Positions 50,739 through 64,000 of a stretch of DNA of 64,000 nucleotides are shown one piece after another. Source of the DNA: Octopus sinensis (taxonomy: Eukaryota); the NCBI RefSeq assembly GCF_006345805.1, contig NC_043000.1, positions 157,418,001 to 157,482,000 on the forward strand. Direction: 5' to 3'. Within the stretch, counting starts at the first letter, position 1. Every line of letters begins with the position of its first letter. The notes beneath the pieces are model-generated. The model made no database searches. It was not told where the DNA came from and worked only from the letters and a program-made list of their open reading frames with translations. The position numbers and the translations under genes are program-made.

Positions 50739-51971
50739 AAGGGTAGAGAGTGAGAGAAGAAAGTGAGATAGAGAGATATATTGAGAGAAAAAGATATACA
50801 TTGATCATAAATGATACATACAGACATAAATCGACCCTGAACAAAAATTGTTGTTGTTTAAGGTCGGCCTAAACAAACAAAATTAAATCCCAGAAACGTA
50901 ATCGTAAATTAAACGTAAATTAAAGTAATTCCACCACAAACAGTAATGTTTATCTTATAAGTTCCTTTCCTTTTTAAGTATACTATGTAATTTGTAACAG
51001 GTTGGGGCAACCATGTAGAGTTTCTTTGGATGTTTTCTGCACATTTTGCTTCAAATGAATTCCACTTAACCTCAGTGGCAATGATAGAAATATCTTGAAA
51101 AAGGAGCACAGGGCAAAGAGATCGAACTCAGAACTAGGTGGTTGTGAAGAAAACTTCTTAACCACGCAGCCTTACGTGTGCCTGATGGTATTGATTTTTT
51201 TTGATTGATTTGACGTACCACTCCATATGATATGATTCAAAGGAGATTTGCCAGCTATTTGTAGCGTGGTGAGTTATTCTTATCTTTTGTTTTAGCTTTC
51301 GCATTGCCTTGATTGAGCTGATATAGCAGCTAAATAGATTGAGCTGATACAGAGACGAAGTAGACCGAACTGTTATGGTTTGTGTCCCATCTTTTCAATG
51401 CATTATTTATCTAGAAATGTAATATCCAATACGTTTTCCCCTTTCTGGGACTGTATGTCATAAAATGAGAGAGTGAGAGAGCTTTGTTTGCTATTTTTAG
51501 CTAGTAGGTCAAGCGGCCACATTAACGTTCGTTGGTGGTTTGAAGTGGTTGTGTATTTGCGTATTATTGACAAATAAGATGAAGTAGTTAAGGAGTGAGA
51601 TATAACGAGGAGATAGCCATCATTCTAACGTCCATTTGTCTGAACGACAATGACGAACACACTAAACTGTTAGAAACTCTTTAACCTACACATACATTAT
51701 TACCTCTATATTAATCTTCTATCAACGCTATTATAGTTTCCTTCTCTATAAACGACTCGTTGAATACCACGAGCCAACCTGCGAATCTATTTGTGATAAA
51801 TTGATGTGCTAAAGATGGCTTCCATGTTCCCAGAAATCACACTACATTCCAAATAGGAAAGACACGTTGGATGATGTCGTTCTATATACACACAAAAGAC
51901 AGTTTTTGATTAGAAAATTCTTATTACCTAAGGTGTTCCAACAGTGTCCATTCTTTCTTCATACACACACA

Positions 51972-52045
<74 letters not shown>

Positions 52046-52164
52046 ACACAAACACACATATATATGTATGCATGTGTGTGTGTATGTGTGTGTGTGTAAT
52101 TAAGGAACGAATCTTATTATTGTGGCTTCACAACAGACGGTCCTCCGTTTATTTCACCGTGTTC

Positions 52165-52202
52165 CTTTCTGTTGAAGAGCGCAGGCTCGAAACACAAAAG
52201 AC
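52165..52202 (+). ncRNA. Possible atypical minimal hammerhead-like motif
   Basis: ctttct-gTTGAA-gagc-gcag-gctc-GAAAC-ac-aaaag. The cleavage triplet is absent. Confidence 0.3.
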
Positions 52203-52325
52203 TTCCTCACCTTCCCGTGCATCAAACTAATGCACCTGCCTGTTGTTTATACCCCTATCTTCGTCTTTGTTTTTCTGTAAATTTCAACCACACACACACA
52301 CACGCACGCACACACACACTCATAT

Positions 52326-52392
<67 letters not shown>

Positions 52393-52578
52393 AAAGCAAC
52401 ATTGGAACTTACACACACATACAAGGTACAGGAAACGTATATAGACACACTTCTGCTCAAATAATGGAACTGCTGATACAGTATCCTTACGGATCTCGCG
52501 TTTGTTTTCCTTCCTCTACTTCACTCTGAATTTCAAGTCTTCTCTACAATAACTATTGCTTAACCCTTTTATCGCACC

Positions 52579-52625
52579 GTCTCTGATGAAGGGATACATA
52601 AATATCCCGGAAACAGCTGTGAGAC
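52579..52625 (+). ncRNA. Minimal type I hammerhead with GUG at the cleavage site
   Basis: gtct-CTGATGA-a-gggata-cataaa-tatccc-g-GAAAC-AGCT-GTG-agac. Confidence 0.75.
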
Positions 52626-52682
52626 CTCTTTATAAATGTTCTGAGATCTTGCATAACCTTGTATTTTTTTAATCTCATTTTG

Positions 52683-52756
<74 letters not shown>

Positions 52757-53371
52757 ATATGTATGAATGTATGTATATATGCATCCACAAACATGCATTT
52801 TCACACACAAGTATACAAATAAGTATACATATGGTTGGTGAATGAGTAAAAACAATGAAATCAGTTTCTGGTATTCTTATCTTAAGTGATCTTTTCTTTA
52901 TAATTCAGTAATATTCCACTGGGCCTCGAAAAAGTTAAGGTCAATTTGTTAACGACAAGATCATTATTTTTGTCATTTAATTATAGTTATTAGAAGTATT
53001 CCTTCTGTAAATATATTAGTGTTAATTTCCCTTTTATGCATTTACTGTTGTCCCCTATTGAAATATGTTTCTACATATTTTATTTTTTCCTTCGCCTGGT
53101 ATTTATGCCTCATTACTTTTCATTGTTCTTCTTTTCAATATTAAACTGATGTGAGTCGAGGACTGCTAGATTCAATAGAGTAGTGGACGAGAAACCTTGA
53201 ACGATTCAGTTATGGTCAATTTACTTTATAATTCTCTAGCCTCCCAACATTGACTTGGCATTCCATCCTTCCGAGGTTGGGACCAGAAATCAATAAGAAA
53301 TCTCTGCATTTTACATTTCTTAATTGTTTCCGATATTTTCCAAAAATCTTTTAACTATTTGAACTAAATAG

Positions 53372-53553
53372 TGCGGCGAGCTGGCTGAATCGTTAGCACG
53401 CAGGTAAAATGTTTAGAGGCATTTCGTCCATCACCAAGGTCGACTTTCATCCTTTCGGGATCGATAAAAGAAATACCAGTTGAACACGGATCGATGTAAT
53501 TAACTTAACGCCTCCCTCGAACTTACTGGCCTTGTTCCAAATTGTGAAGCCAA
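53372..53553 (+). mobile_element. SINE family B, diverged and deleted, with TSD
   Basis: gcggcgagctggctgaatcgttagcac...ttcatcctttcgggatcgataaa. The TSD tatttgaactaa lies at about 53356 and 53554. Confidence 0.8.
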
Positions 53554-53611
53554 TATTTGAACTAAGTAACATAATTGATGTTTGTACTTGATGGTCAATT
53601 CTAGATTATCC

Positions 53612-53790
53612 ATAAAGAAAAGATGGCTTATTTAATGCTATCATCCTTAAATGAAGGTGCGTGGGCTACCTATTAGGCCGTTGGGCTCACAATTATTTTG
53701 GGGTTGAGAGATGCGTCGTGTCCTTGGGCTAAGCACATCATTTTATGTTGCTTAAGTCTACTCAACTGGAAATTCGTACCGACCTAGTTT
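53612..53790 (+). mobile_element. Old CORE-type SINE related to family D
   Basis: gaaggtgcgtggg...tgcgtcgtgtccttgggctaagcac...ttgcttaagtctactcaactggaaa. Confidence 0.55.
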
Positions 53791-54915
53791 AACTGCAACC
53801 CTAACACATCCACGGTGTTACACTGAGTCAAGTGCGGGTGAACAGAAAAGGTGTCTATATCTATGCATCGGCCCTTAAAACAACTGGCGAGGCGTAGTAC
53901 CAGTTAGGAAATCATACTTGCCCGCGAATAAGGCTAAGCCATGCTTTAACATTTATATTTTCTACTGGCCTTTAATAATGTGCCCCTTCTTGAACACCAA
54001 ATATATCGGTCTTACCCGACTATGCCGGCTTAGAGACGAAATAATCGCTGCTAACTAATTAATAAAAAGTGTGTTCGTCCTACTGATATGCAGAATTCTA
54101 TGCAAACAGATGTTAATGAGCGACTAAATATATCTCATTGTCATCACAGTTGGTTGTCATGTTTCAGCGCCATATACTAAATAATGACGAAACGATTCAA
54201 CAAACAAAGGCCTCTGTGTGGTCGCTTATTCTGCTAGAAATAGAAACCTGCAAATAATCCTACTCCCTTAAAAAATAAGACTGAGTGGCCTCAGCTGGAA
54301 TGTCTTCGAACATGGACCTGATAGTTCAGTTGACTTTTGACTGAACAACAATAACAGATAATGATACGATAACAGCATGTGTGTAAATGTATATATTAGA
54401 CTTTTGTTGATTCTTATTTAATAGTTCATATGATCTTGCTTTTCCGGTTGTGGATCACATATCACACTCTGCAACCCTTGGTTTCCCGTCTGAGCAGGCC
54501 AGCAAACTGAAGACACAATCAAGATTGTTTTTTTAAATATTGTCTATTTTGAGAACATTAGATAAAAATCTGATCATTAGTGGGGATTAACAAACACAAA
54601 GATTTCTCGTGCAATCTGAAGAAATTTTGTACAAACAGATAAAAAAAAATCACCATATCTGTCTATCTTTACGTGTGTGTTTGTGTGTACTTGTGCGTGT
54701 GCGTATGAGAGTATGTGTGTGCCTATTTACATTTGCTTGAATGTTCATGTGTGTGCGGGAAGGTGTTTGTATAGTTTAAATAGTATGAAAATCCTTCAGA
54801 TAATCATGTGTATTAACTTTTTTAATCTTTAACGTCTGAACTTGATGCTCCCAATTACAGAACAATGTTTATTTAGATAGCATACTCATTTAAGCCAGTA
54901 TCGATTATATATATG

Positions 54916-55049
<134 letters not shown>

Positions 55050-55068
55050 GTATATATAGATGTAGATA

Positions 55069-55105
<37 letters not shown>

Positions 55106-55316
55106 TATATATATTATACCACACACAAACATATATATAATATATACAAATATATAGATGTGTGTGAGCGATTGTTTCTGTATAAGCGTGGACGTCAATA
55201 AGTGTCTTTATATATATACGTTTGTGTGAATGTGTAGTGTTTGTAGATATAAAATTCGTATGAATTAAAACCAATATATAATATAAATAATAAAAACTAT
55301 AAATACAGACACACAC

Positions 55317-55382
<66 letters not shown>

Positions 55383-56353
55383 TATATGCATACTTACACA
55401 TTAACATACATATAATTTTCTGATACACACCCGATGGTTTGTATCTATACATTTGTAATTTCAGCCATATTGTTATTTTCAGCATAAATGTATGTAAATA
55501 TATATCGATACGCTTTTGTGCTACAATTGCGTAGCATCTGATACATGTGTAAGCACAGAATACAGAGTGATAGAATCCAGACCCCTGTTTCGCTTTGTCA
55601 GTCTCAGTCCCTCAGTTAACTGCTCAGTCAATAGGGGGAAGAGAAATTCGTTTTATGTTATAACCGCTCGAATTTACAATCACTGTGTTTTTTTACAGAT
55701 TAGCACTTGAAAGACGAAGTCATCCGTCAGCTATAATATATGAAGAGAGTATTTTCAAACATTTATGGGAAAGGACTTGAAAAAATGTTGGCAGGTCGAA
55801 TTTTGTTCTCTTTTATTTAGAATTGCTGTAAAGTGGTATATAATGTGATAATGTGTACTTTCTCAGTAAAACAAAAGTCGCAACAATTTGAGCGCTATAT
55901 CCAACATTTCAAAGATGCTGATGTTCTCACCTTTGAAATACAGTACTCGTACAACGTAGTTTATTTATGATAGATTTATGGCTTCGTATTTTACTCCAGT
56001 ATAACGTTACAACATAACATTTGTTTGCACAGGATCATACATTTTTTTCCACTGAAAATCACATATTCAATAATCGTATGGCGAAACGTGCAAAAATCAT
56101 TTTTGTGTATGCATATGTAGACAGACAGACAGACGTATAGCTAGATAGATAGATAGAGAGATAGATTTCGCTTAGTCATTGCGATATTATTAATCTGTAG
56201 AAGAACTCAATATACATATGCTCTGCAAAATACAGCTTTTAGAAGCTATAATGTGATGCACAAGCATTCAACTGTTCGTGCACTATTTCATAAGAGAAAC
56301 AACTGAAGTTGATCACGTAATTCTATTCCTTGTTATATATATATATATATAAA

Positions 56354-56695
56354 TGAATTTACTTGAATATTGTACCTAACTTAGATGCACCAAAAAAACT
56401 ATACTGTTTTAACAATACTAATGTGGGGTGATTATAAGCGAGAAAGAAGCACAAGAATGGATAGGTTTTTAGTACAATCGTTTCATACAAGGACAGGCTT
56501 TATTAAAGTTGCAAAAATTACAGCATATAAACGTGTCCCGTACTCATCAGCTAAAATCCATGTGCGTTCTCTAACATCCTAGTGGTTGAGGCTATACTCA
56601 TGAAGTAATGAAGATAATTAAGTAACATAAACATAAACAGATATCCAAAGTTCATTAAAGTTCTTTAAAGCTGATGTACAGTCTTATCACAGAAT
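56354..56695 (-). mobile_element. Single-arm copy of the 48.4-kb HHR element with an intact hammerhead core (56466-56556)
   Basis: Highly similar to 48600-48920. The minus strand reads ttttag-CTGATGA-[59 nt]-GAAAC-GATT-GTA-ctaaaaa, flanked by (TA)n. Confidence 0.88.
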
Positions 56696-56705
56696 TATAT
56701 ATAAT

Positions 56706-56765
<60 letters not shown>

Positions 56766-56772
56766 ATATATA

Positions 56773-57592
56773 TGAAAAGCAGCCATACTATGCTAAAGCA
56801 GCCATAATCTCTTCCTTCCGGGCAAACTCTCACGGCATCTAATGATATCAGAGACCTAGAAGAAATTGTTGATAATCTCAGCTGGAGGGCCCACTTCAAC
56901 AATAAGGTCGATATAGATCGTAGGAGGAGCTCTTGGATCCTAAGAACCTTCCGGCCGAGAGAACAAGGTGCTGTCATTCTACTTCTTGCCTCTTTTGTAT
57001 GGCCACACCTCGAAAATTCCTACCCTCTGTGGTCGTCCCATACAAAACAAAACATCTCGAAAATTGAATCACCCCAGAGGTCATTCATTAAAAGAATTAA
57101 GGACATGACTAATCTCGATTACTGGGACCGACTTAAAGCATTGGAACTCTATTGTCTCCAGCGCCACCGTGAGCGATACGTCATTTGCACGATGTTGAGA
57201 ATATACCACCATCATTGCCCAAAGAATCCCAACGTTAGCTTCAAAATACATCCAAGGCTAGGATAACGGGCCCTACGACCCCTACTCAATTCAGGACAAT
57301 AACACATAAATACACTGCAACACAATTTCTTTTTCTCAACAGGCCTTTCTATCTTTAACATTGTCCCGTAACTGGTCAAAGAGGAAAAGGACAAATTTCT
57401 TCAAGGAATACAAGATAAGCTACTTAGACCTGGATACAACTTACTCGATAAGAACTTCCAGCTCGAGTGGACCATGATATTACAAAACTTGACTTAAAAG
57501 GGATTTAGATAATCCTGTCAAGTGGTGCTATTAAGTTATACATAGCCTGGACCAATATTTAGTCGAAACATATCTAAGTTTTATCTAAGTTT
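56773..57592 (+). mobile_element. CR1-clade LINE 3' fragment (ORF2 C-terminal region and 3' UTR)
   Basis: The frame from about 56835 reads IRDLEEIVDNLSWRAH...SWILRTFRPRE...FVWPHLENSYPLWSSHTKQNISKIESPQRSFIKRIKDMTNLDYWDRLKALELYCLQRHRERY. The tandem-repeat tail is tatctaagttt x2. Confidence 0.88.
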
Positions 57593-58134
57593 TATACATG
57601 TGTGTGTGCGTGTGTATATGTGTGTGTATCAGGTAAACATGACCATGTGGTTTTAGTAAACACACATTTTTGCTTTGCTGTGGAAAGTTTGGTATTATTG
57701 TTAACCCACGTATTTTAATCTCCGTGGGTGGAGAAAACGTGATCGATTTAACGAGTTTTGTCACAGATCAAATATTTCTTCCAGGCTATAAAGCGATTAA
57801 TATTCCTTAGGGATTTATAGTCAGTGCACATTGAAACAGAATTAATTTGGATTGAATTTAAGATGTTGTTTGAAACTCTTTACTTATTCTGAGGAGTGGC
57901 AGCTTGGAGCGAAGTATCGTGGGCCGTGCTCATTAATTAGTGGTAAAAGAAGTGGTTGATTTAATTAAATTCACGTCACATTAAATGTCATTGGAGACAA
58001 CAAGGTGTTATTACCTTTTTTGTCGGAGGTATTGAGAGATGATGGAAATTATATCTAGTTAGAGTATGTTACAAAAACATCCAAATTAAAATATTTATCA
58101 TCAACATTTAACTACAAACCCGTGTGCCATTATT

Positions 58135-58439
58135 TTTGTTTGTTCCTTCTCGAGCCATGCCTGGGTCGTAAGGGACGGCTTCGTGGTTTCAATGGCGTAT
58201 AGGTTCCTCACCTGGACGGGACCCCGGTCCGTCGCATCTGAGCTGCTAGATGCAGGAGGAAAGAGTGAGAGAAAGTTGTGGCGAAAGAATCAGTAGAAGT
58301 TCGCCATTACCTTCTGCCGGAGGCGCGTGGAGCTCAGATGTTTCCCTCATAAGCACACACATTGCTGGGTCTGAGATTCGAACCAGCGATACCTCGACCG
58401 CGAGTCCACAGCTCTAACCACAAGGTCATCTGCCTCCAC
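58135..58439 (-). mobile_element. SINE with a diverged family C head and a V-domain-like body
   Basis: Head ggaggcagatgaccttgtggttagagc. The body tgcgacggaccggggtcccgtccaggt resembles the V-SINE central domain (from recall), and the tail is (AACA). Confidence 0.75.
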
Positions 58440-58637
58440 GTAAGACTTTATAGATCTTAAAAGCAAAGAATGAACTTCAAATAAATTCATTGTGGACAGG
58501 TAAATTGTAGACTTCATAAACTAAACTACTTCATCGGCAAAACAGCTATGACACTTTCTTGATGATCGACCACGTGGTTACACTAGGTAGCCAATACAAA
58601 GCAAACGAAACCAGATGGAAAGATATTCTTTACTACT

Positions 58638-58955
58638 CTAGGTACTTAATTTATCGACACCGAAAGGATGAAAGGCAAAATCGACCACGGTGGAATTTGA
58701 ACTCAGAACGTAACGGCAAACGAAATACCTATTTCTTTACTACCCACAAGGGGCTAAACACAGAGAGGACAAACAAGGACAGACAAACGGATTTAGTCGA
58801 TTATATCGACACCAGTGCGTAACTGGTACTTATTTAATCGACCCGAAAGGATGAAAGGCAAGGTCGACCTCGGCGGAATTTGAACTCAGAGGAAATACGG
58901 TAGATGAAACGGTAGATGAAATACGGCTACGCATTTCGCCCGGCGTGCTAACGTG
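58638..58955 (-). mobile_element. SINE family B, dimeric, head truncated
   Basis: Two central domains joined at gaaataggtatttcg. Confidence 0.88.
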
Positions 58956-59515
58956 CAGATAGAAAGCTATTGGCTAAGTACTACATAAGATCTGGACATT
59001 TTATTAATAGTAAAAGCCAGCTGAAAATTATCATGTATTCGAAATATACTGTGAGAGAACACTGAAATTAAATGCTAATTTAGAATACGGCGACGATGAT
59101 TGTGTGTATAATCTTTCCATATTTCCCTTGCCGCCTACGACAAAATGCGGCAACAAAGCACCGTTATCAACAATTCGTTCAGAAGATGAGTTCGCATAAG
59201 CATTGAAAAGTTAATTGACATTGACCTATACTAAACATGAAAGACTAATACAGAGTTTTTAAAAATCATAAATAAAAACGATTAATCTCAATCACAGTTA
59301 CATGTGACCACCGCTTATGATAGTGATGTCATCATCGTTCACAATGTAGTTGCAGTAGAAACGATAAAGAGAGGAGACATCACGCCTGGTGCCAGAGGCT
59401 GGGGGTTCATCCGAAAGTCATTTTAATTCAACGAGTCGAGTACTATTTCTTTGAATGCAGCCAGGATGTCTGTGTATGGTTACTGTGTATGTTTTGTATG
59501 TATAGTCTACAAGTT

Positions 59516-59923
59516 CTACTTGTTTCAGTCATTTGACTGTGGCCATGCTGGAGCACCGCCTTTAGTCGAACAAATCAACACTAAGACTTATTCTTTGCAA
59601 GCCTAGTACTTATTCTATCGGTCTCTTTTCCTGAACAGCTAAGTTATGGGGACGTAAACACACCAACATCGGTTGTCATGCGAATATGTGGGAACAAACA
59701 TAGACACACTAACACACACACATAAATAAATAAATAAATATATATGTATATATATATATATACATACGACGGGTTTCTTTCAGTTTCCGTCTACCAATTA
59801 CACTCACAAGGCCTTGGTCGGCCTGAGGCTATAGCACTTGCCCAAGGTGCTACACAGTGGGACTGAACCCGGAACTAAATAGTTGGCAAGCAAGCTAATT
59901 ACCACACACCCACTCCTGCGCCT
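59516..59923 (-). mobile_element. SINE family A, full-length
   Basis: Complete head, internal TA/CA/AAAT tract and tail. Confidence 0.92.
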
Positions 59924-60572
59924 ATATATAAAATTAAATACTAAGTGTAGAAATTAACATTATTAGATAATACTAATTTAATCCGGGGGACAGGACTGAA
60001 AATTATATTCAAATACGAAGAAAGACCACTAAGTGGATTCCTTTTATGCTGAAGATAGACGCCGAGGATTTGGTGTCTATCTTCAGTATATATATGTCTA
60101 CATATACATACATACATATACTCTCTCTCTCTCTCTCTATTCTTCTCTCTCTTTCTCTCTCACACACACACTGGTCTGAGTGCCGACCGTCAACACCTCT
60201 TGTGTCCATCTCCAATTTCCTGCATTTAGGCCTTCATTTCATACACGCCAGCTCAATTTGGTTCGTTCTTAGTCGAAATACGCTTGTTGTTATTTCTTGT
60301 TGTTTGTATTCGTAATTGTGCACCATATTTTCCGTTTTTTTTTGTGTGTTTGTTGCCGTAATCATTCGCTAGCTTTCTTAGAAAGGGGTCTAATGCTCTT
60401 AGTTTAGATTTTTTGGGGGGCAACCAAATCGAACCATCTCAAGTGTAACTACCCAAAATGGTCGTGACTTCTGGGACTTGACGGATGAAAGAAAGCCAAG
60501 AATGACCTTCTAATTGTCGTTTGCATCGTCTGTTTGTCCAAATGTTTGAATGCTCGCTATTGCGTTTTCGTT

Positions 60573-60606
<34 letters not shown>

Positions 60607-60639
60607 AAAATAAGGTGGCTAGCAGCAGGCTGTTTCGCC

Positions 60640-60681
<42 letters not shown>

Positions 60682-60683
<2 letters not shown>

Positions 60684-61088
60684 CAATTTTCGTAGCCAGT
60701 TTCACATGGCTGTCCGTTTGAATGAACTTTACTGCGATTTTTTTTAACCCCAAGAGGTCACCTTCTCTAGCTGGATAATCATGTACAGTTGCACTCGATA
60801 TATTGTGAGCACGGGAGCGAACCCTACCACCTTCTAGAGACGCGACCAAGAGACAAGTCCGGTTTCATGATATTTGAGCTATTTCTACCTCTCTTCAGAA
60901 CTGGACACCTTGTCTGCTAGAGATAGTAGCAGCTTCCTTCTGCTCGCTAGAAGACGGTAGGGGTTTGCTCCCCCGCTCGCAGCTGTGCCTCGTTAACCAG
61001 TTAGAGGAGATTTCCTCTTGGGGGTTAATAAATCTCAGTAAAGTCCGTTCGAACAGACAGCCATGTTGAAATGGCTATGAACATTACT
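60682..61088. mobile_element. Diverged inverted-repeat element (about 150-bp arms) with a hammerhead-like relic in the spacer
   Basis: Arms lie at about 60682-60837 and 60947-61088. The minus strand reads agtt-CTGAAGA-gag..ctc..-GAAAC-CG-gact (60902-60855). Confidence 0.65.
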
Positions 61089-61367
61089 TGTTATTACAAC
61101 TACTGTGTTGATCTCCTGTAGATTTTAGAACTAGCATTTTTGCTTATATGTTTGTATGTATGTATATATATATATATATATATGCCTTAAGTTTCTTTCT
61201 GTGAAACTGATTTTGAGTGCGCTCATAAAGAGGTCCTATGATACTTATTCCGACTACCATTATTATACCTTCTTCTAGAGGAATTTTATGGGTTATTTAT
61301 TAGTTCGCTGCCGCTATAGCGTATAATAATTACATTAAGGAATTTATGAATTTCCATCAAAAAGTTG

Positions 61368-61402
<35 letters not shown>

Positions 61403-61847
61403 ATGTGTATGTGTGTGTGTGTGTGTGTAAAGCTGTTGAATAAGATTTGTCCTTTAATTTGGAGTTTTCCAAAAAAGATTTCTAACATTGATTCTTCATA
61501 TTTTGCTGGTAGTTTACAGGCGAAATTGCAAATATAAAAATAATACTTCTATATTCTAAAGAAATCCCATAAAACTCAACAGTTTTGTTAAAAATGGAGA
61601 AGAGAAGGTGTTAAAATATATAAGAGAATTTTAATTCTTGCATTCGATCGTTTCCTACAGAGATATAAAAATCATACAAATCCATGTTTGAATTGAATTA
61701 ATTAAATTAATCATATATCACTGTACTCTTCAGTGCAAAAGTATAAAGCAACATTTTTACAATGGACTTGAGAGAGGAAATAACAGAGTAGAATCTAGGA
61801 GATTCATATTTATCCTTATGAGAAAAAAAGACATACACACACATATA

Positions 61848-61977
61848 AGCGCAGGAGTGGCTGGGTGGTAAGAGGCTCGCCTCCCAACCACATGGTTTTC
61901 GGATTCCGTCCTGCAGCCACGGGCCGACCCAAACCTTACGAGTGGATTTGATAGACGGAAACTGAAAGAAGCCCATC

Positions 61978-62027
<50 letters not shown>

Positions 62028-62229
62028 TTATATGTATGTATGTATTTGTGTGTCTGTGTTTGTCTGCTCATCATCGCTTGACAACCGATATTGGTGAGTT
62101 TACGTCAGTGTTATCTAGCGGTTCGGGAAAAGAGACCGATAGAATAAGTACTAGGCTTACAAAGAATAAATCCTGGGGTTGATTTGTCCGATAAAAGGAT
62201 AACCGCAGTCAAATGACTGAAACAAGTAA
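61848..62229 (+). mobile_element. SINE family A with small deletions
   Basis: gcgcaggagtggctgggtggtaag through to gcagtcaaatgactgaaacaagta. Confidence 0.88.
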
Positions 62230-62232
62230 TAT

Positions 62233-62291
<59 letters not shown>

Positions 62292-62596
62292 ATTGAGAAT
62301 GATGACTATGGTGGAGGCGGGGTTCAATTTACATACTGTGCAAAGGATACCCTGTGATTAAGCCATAAGATTTTTTCATTCAGTAATTACAAAAATAGGG
62401 CAAGATATGTCTAGTTTTAATGTTGATTAACGTCTTACAAGAAATTGGTTACTTACTTCTCCCAAGACATTAGCAAAGTGCTTTTATTAATTAAAACGTT
62501 AATTTACGCTGGCAACGCTTGGCCGATCATGGAAATTAGACCGAATATTTTAATTCTGCCCGAATGGATTAATGGATTTTGGGATATATTCTGCAG

Positions 62597-62830
62597 AGGC
62601 GCAGGAGTCGCTGTTTGTATATGTTTGTGTGTCTGCGTTTGTCACCCCAACATCGCTTGACAACCGATGGTGGTGTGTTTGCGTCCCCGTAACTTAGCGG
62701 TTTGGCAAAAGAGAGACCGATAGAATAAGTACTAGGCTTCAAAAGAATAAGTCCCGGGGTCGATTTGCTCGACTAAAAGGCGGTGCTCCTGCATGGCCGC
62801 AGTCAAATGACTGAAACGAGTAAAAGAGTA
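62597..62830 (+). mobile_element. SINE family A: first about 17 nt of the head joined to the 3' half
   Basis: ggcgcaggagtcgctgt is joined directly to the tg-rich internal tract and the complete 3' half. Confidence 0.85.
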
Positions 62831-62897
62831 GAGTGTAAGTGAGGAACAATTGTGTTTTAATAAAACCAATATGACTCTGCCCCATCATATTTTTTTT

Positions 62898-63098
62898 TAC
62901 ATGTTTCAGTCATTAGACTGCGGCCATGCTGGAGCACCGCCTTTAGTCGAGCAAATCGACCCCGGGACTTATTCTTTGTAAGCCCAGTACTTATTCTATC
63001 GGTCTCTTTTGCCGGACTGCTAAGTTACGGGGACGTAAACACGCCAGCATCGGTTGTCAAGCAATGCTAGCGGGACAAACACAGACACACAAACACAT

Positions 63099-63141
<43 letters not shown>

Positions 63142-63304
63142 CGACAGGCTTCTTTCAGTTTCCGTCTTCCAAATCCACTCACAAGGCATTGGTCGGCCCG
63201 GGGCTATAGCAGAAGACACTTGCCCAAGATGTCACGCAGTGGGACTGAACCCGGAACCATGTGGTTGGTAAACAAACTACTTACCACACAGCCACTCCTG
63301 CGCC
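62898..63304 (-). mobile_element. SINE family A, full-length
   Basis: Complete copy, tail-to-tail with 62597-62830. Confidence 0.93.
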
Positions 63305-63464
63305 TATATATGTACATACATACTGAAAAACCCATGTCGTGTGATCACTATGAGCGGAAGCCTTTAGATAACAAAAAGCTAACTGGTAGTATGTAATAGA
63401 TGTTGCAACAGTATGCTGACCGTGCAAGCCATCCACCAATTTTTGATGACAATAACTTCAAAAA

Positions 63465-63672
63465 AATATTGATTTCAAATCATAGCACAGGGACAGCAAT
63501 TTCGGTGGAGCAGCTAAGTCGATTATACCGATTTCGGTGCTCAACCGGTGCTTATTTTATCGATCATGAAAGTATGAAAGAAGAAAAAAAATCATCTCTG
63601 GTGGAATTTGAACTCAGAACCCAAAGTCGGAAGATATGCCCGGTGCAGTAACGACTCTATCAGCTCTCCGAC
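63465..63672 (-). mobile_element. SINE family B, old copy
   Basis: ggtgcttattttatcgatcatgaaagtatgaaag...ggtggaatttgaactcagaac. Confidence 0.7.
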
Positions 63673-63780
63673 GTATAGCGTCAAAATATTATCCGTAGTA
63701 ATATTAAGTGCCTTCGACTAGGTATGCTTATGTATCAATATGTATGCATTCCGATACATATATACGTGCACACACACACA

Positions 63781-63812
<32 letters not shown>

Positions 63813-63912
63813 TTTAGCATTTGCTTGTTTCAGTCATCTGACTGCGGCCAATCGATTTCACTCTTCACATTTGTCTCTTTCCCTTCTGTATGTATTCCAT
63901 ATGTATAATCCA

Positions 63913-64000
<88 letters not shown>
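63913..64000. repeat. (ATCT)n microsatellite running off the window end
   Basis: Direct reading. Confidence 0.95.

Overview
This is a very AT-rich, microsatellite-dense eukaryotic window with no recognisable host protein-coding gene. The SINE families and repeat landscape point to a coleoid cephalopod, probably Octopus; this is an inference from recall, not a database result. Almost all ORFs in the supplied track are translations of simple repeats or SINEs. The supportable content is: four tRNA-derived SINE families (about 30 copies, several with target-site duplications); decayed RTE-clade and CR1-clade LINE fragments; two mariner transposase relics; non-autonomous Helitrons with a head-to-tail junction; and many microsatellites. 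The most striking signal is about 15 type I hammerhead-ribozyme (HHR) motifs, intact to degenerate, usually inside asymmetric inverted repeats next to (TA)n tracts, as in Penelope-like element (PLE) pseudo-LTR remnants. Four sequence-unrelated families have a greatly extended stem II (59-106 nt) plus a palindromic stem III. The youngest, at 48395-48838, is a 206-bp near-perfect palindrome with an intact ribozyme core on each strand and an AATAAA inside stem II. All coordinates were read by eye and may be off by a few bases.
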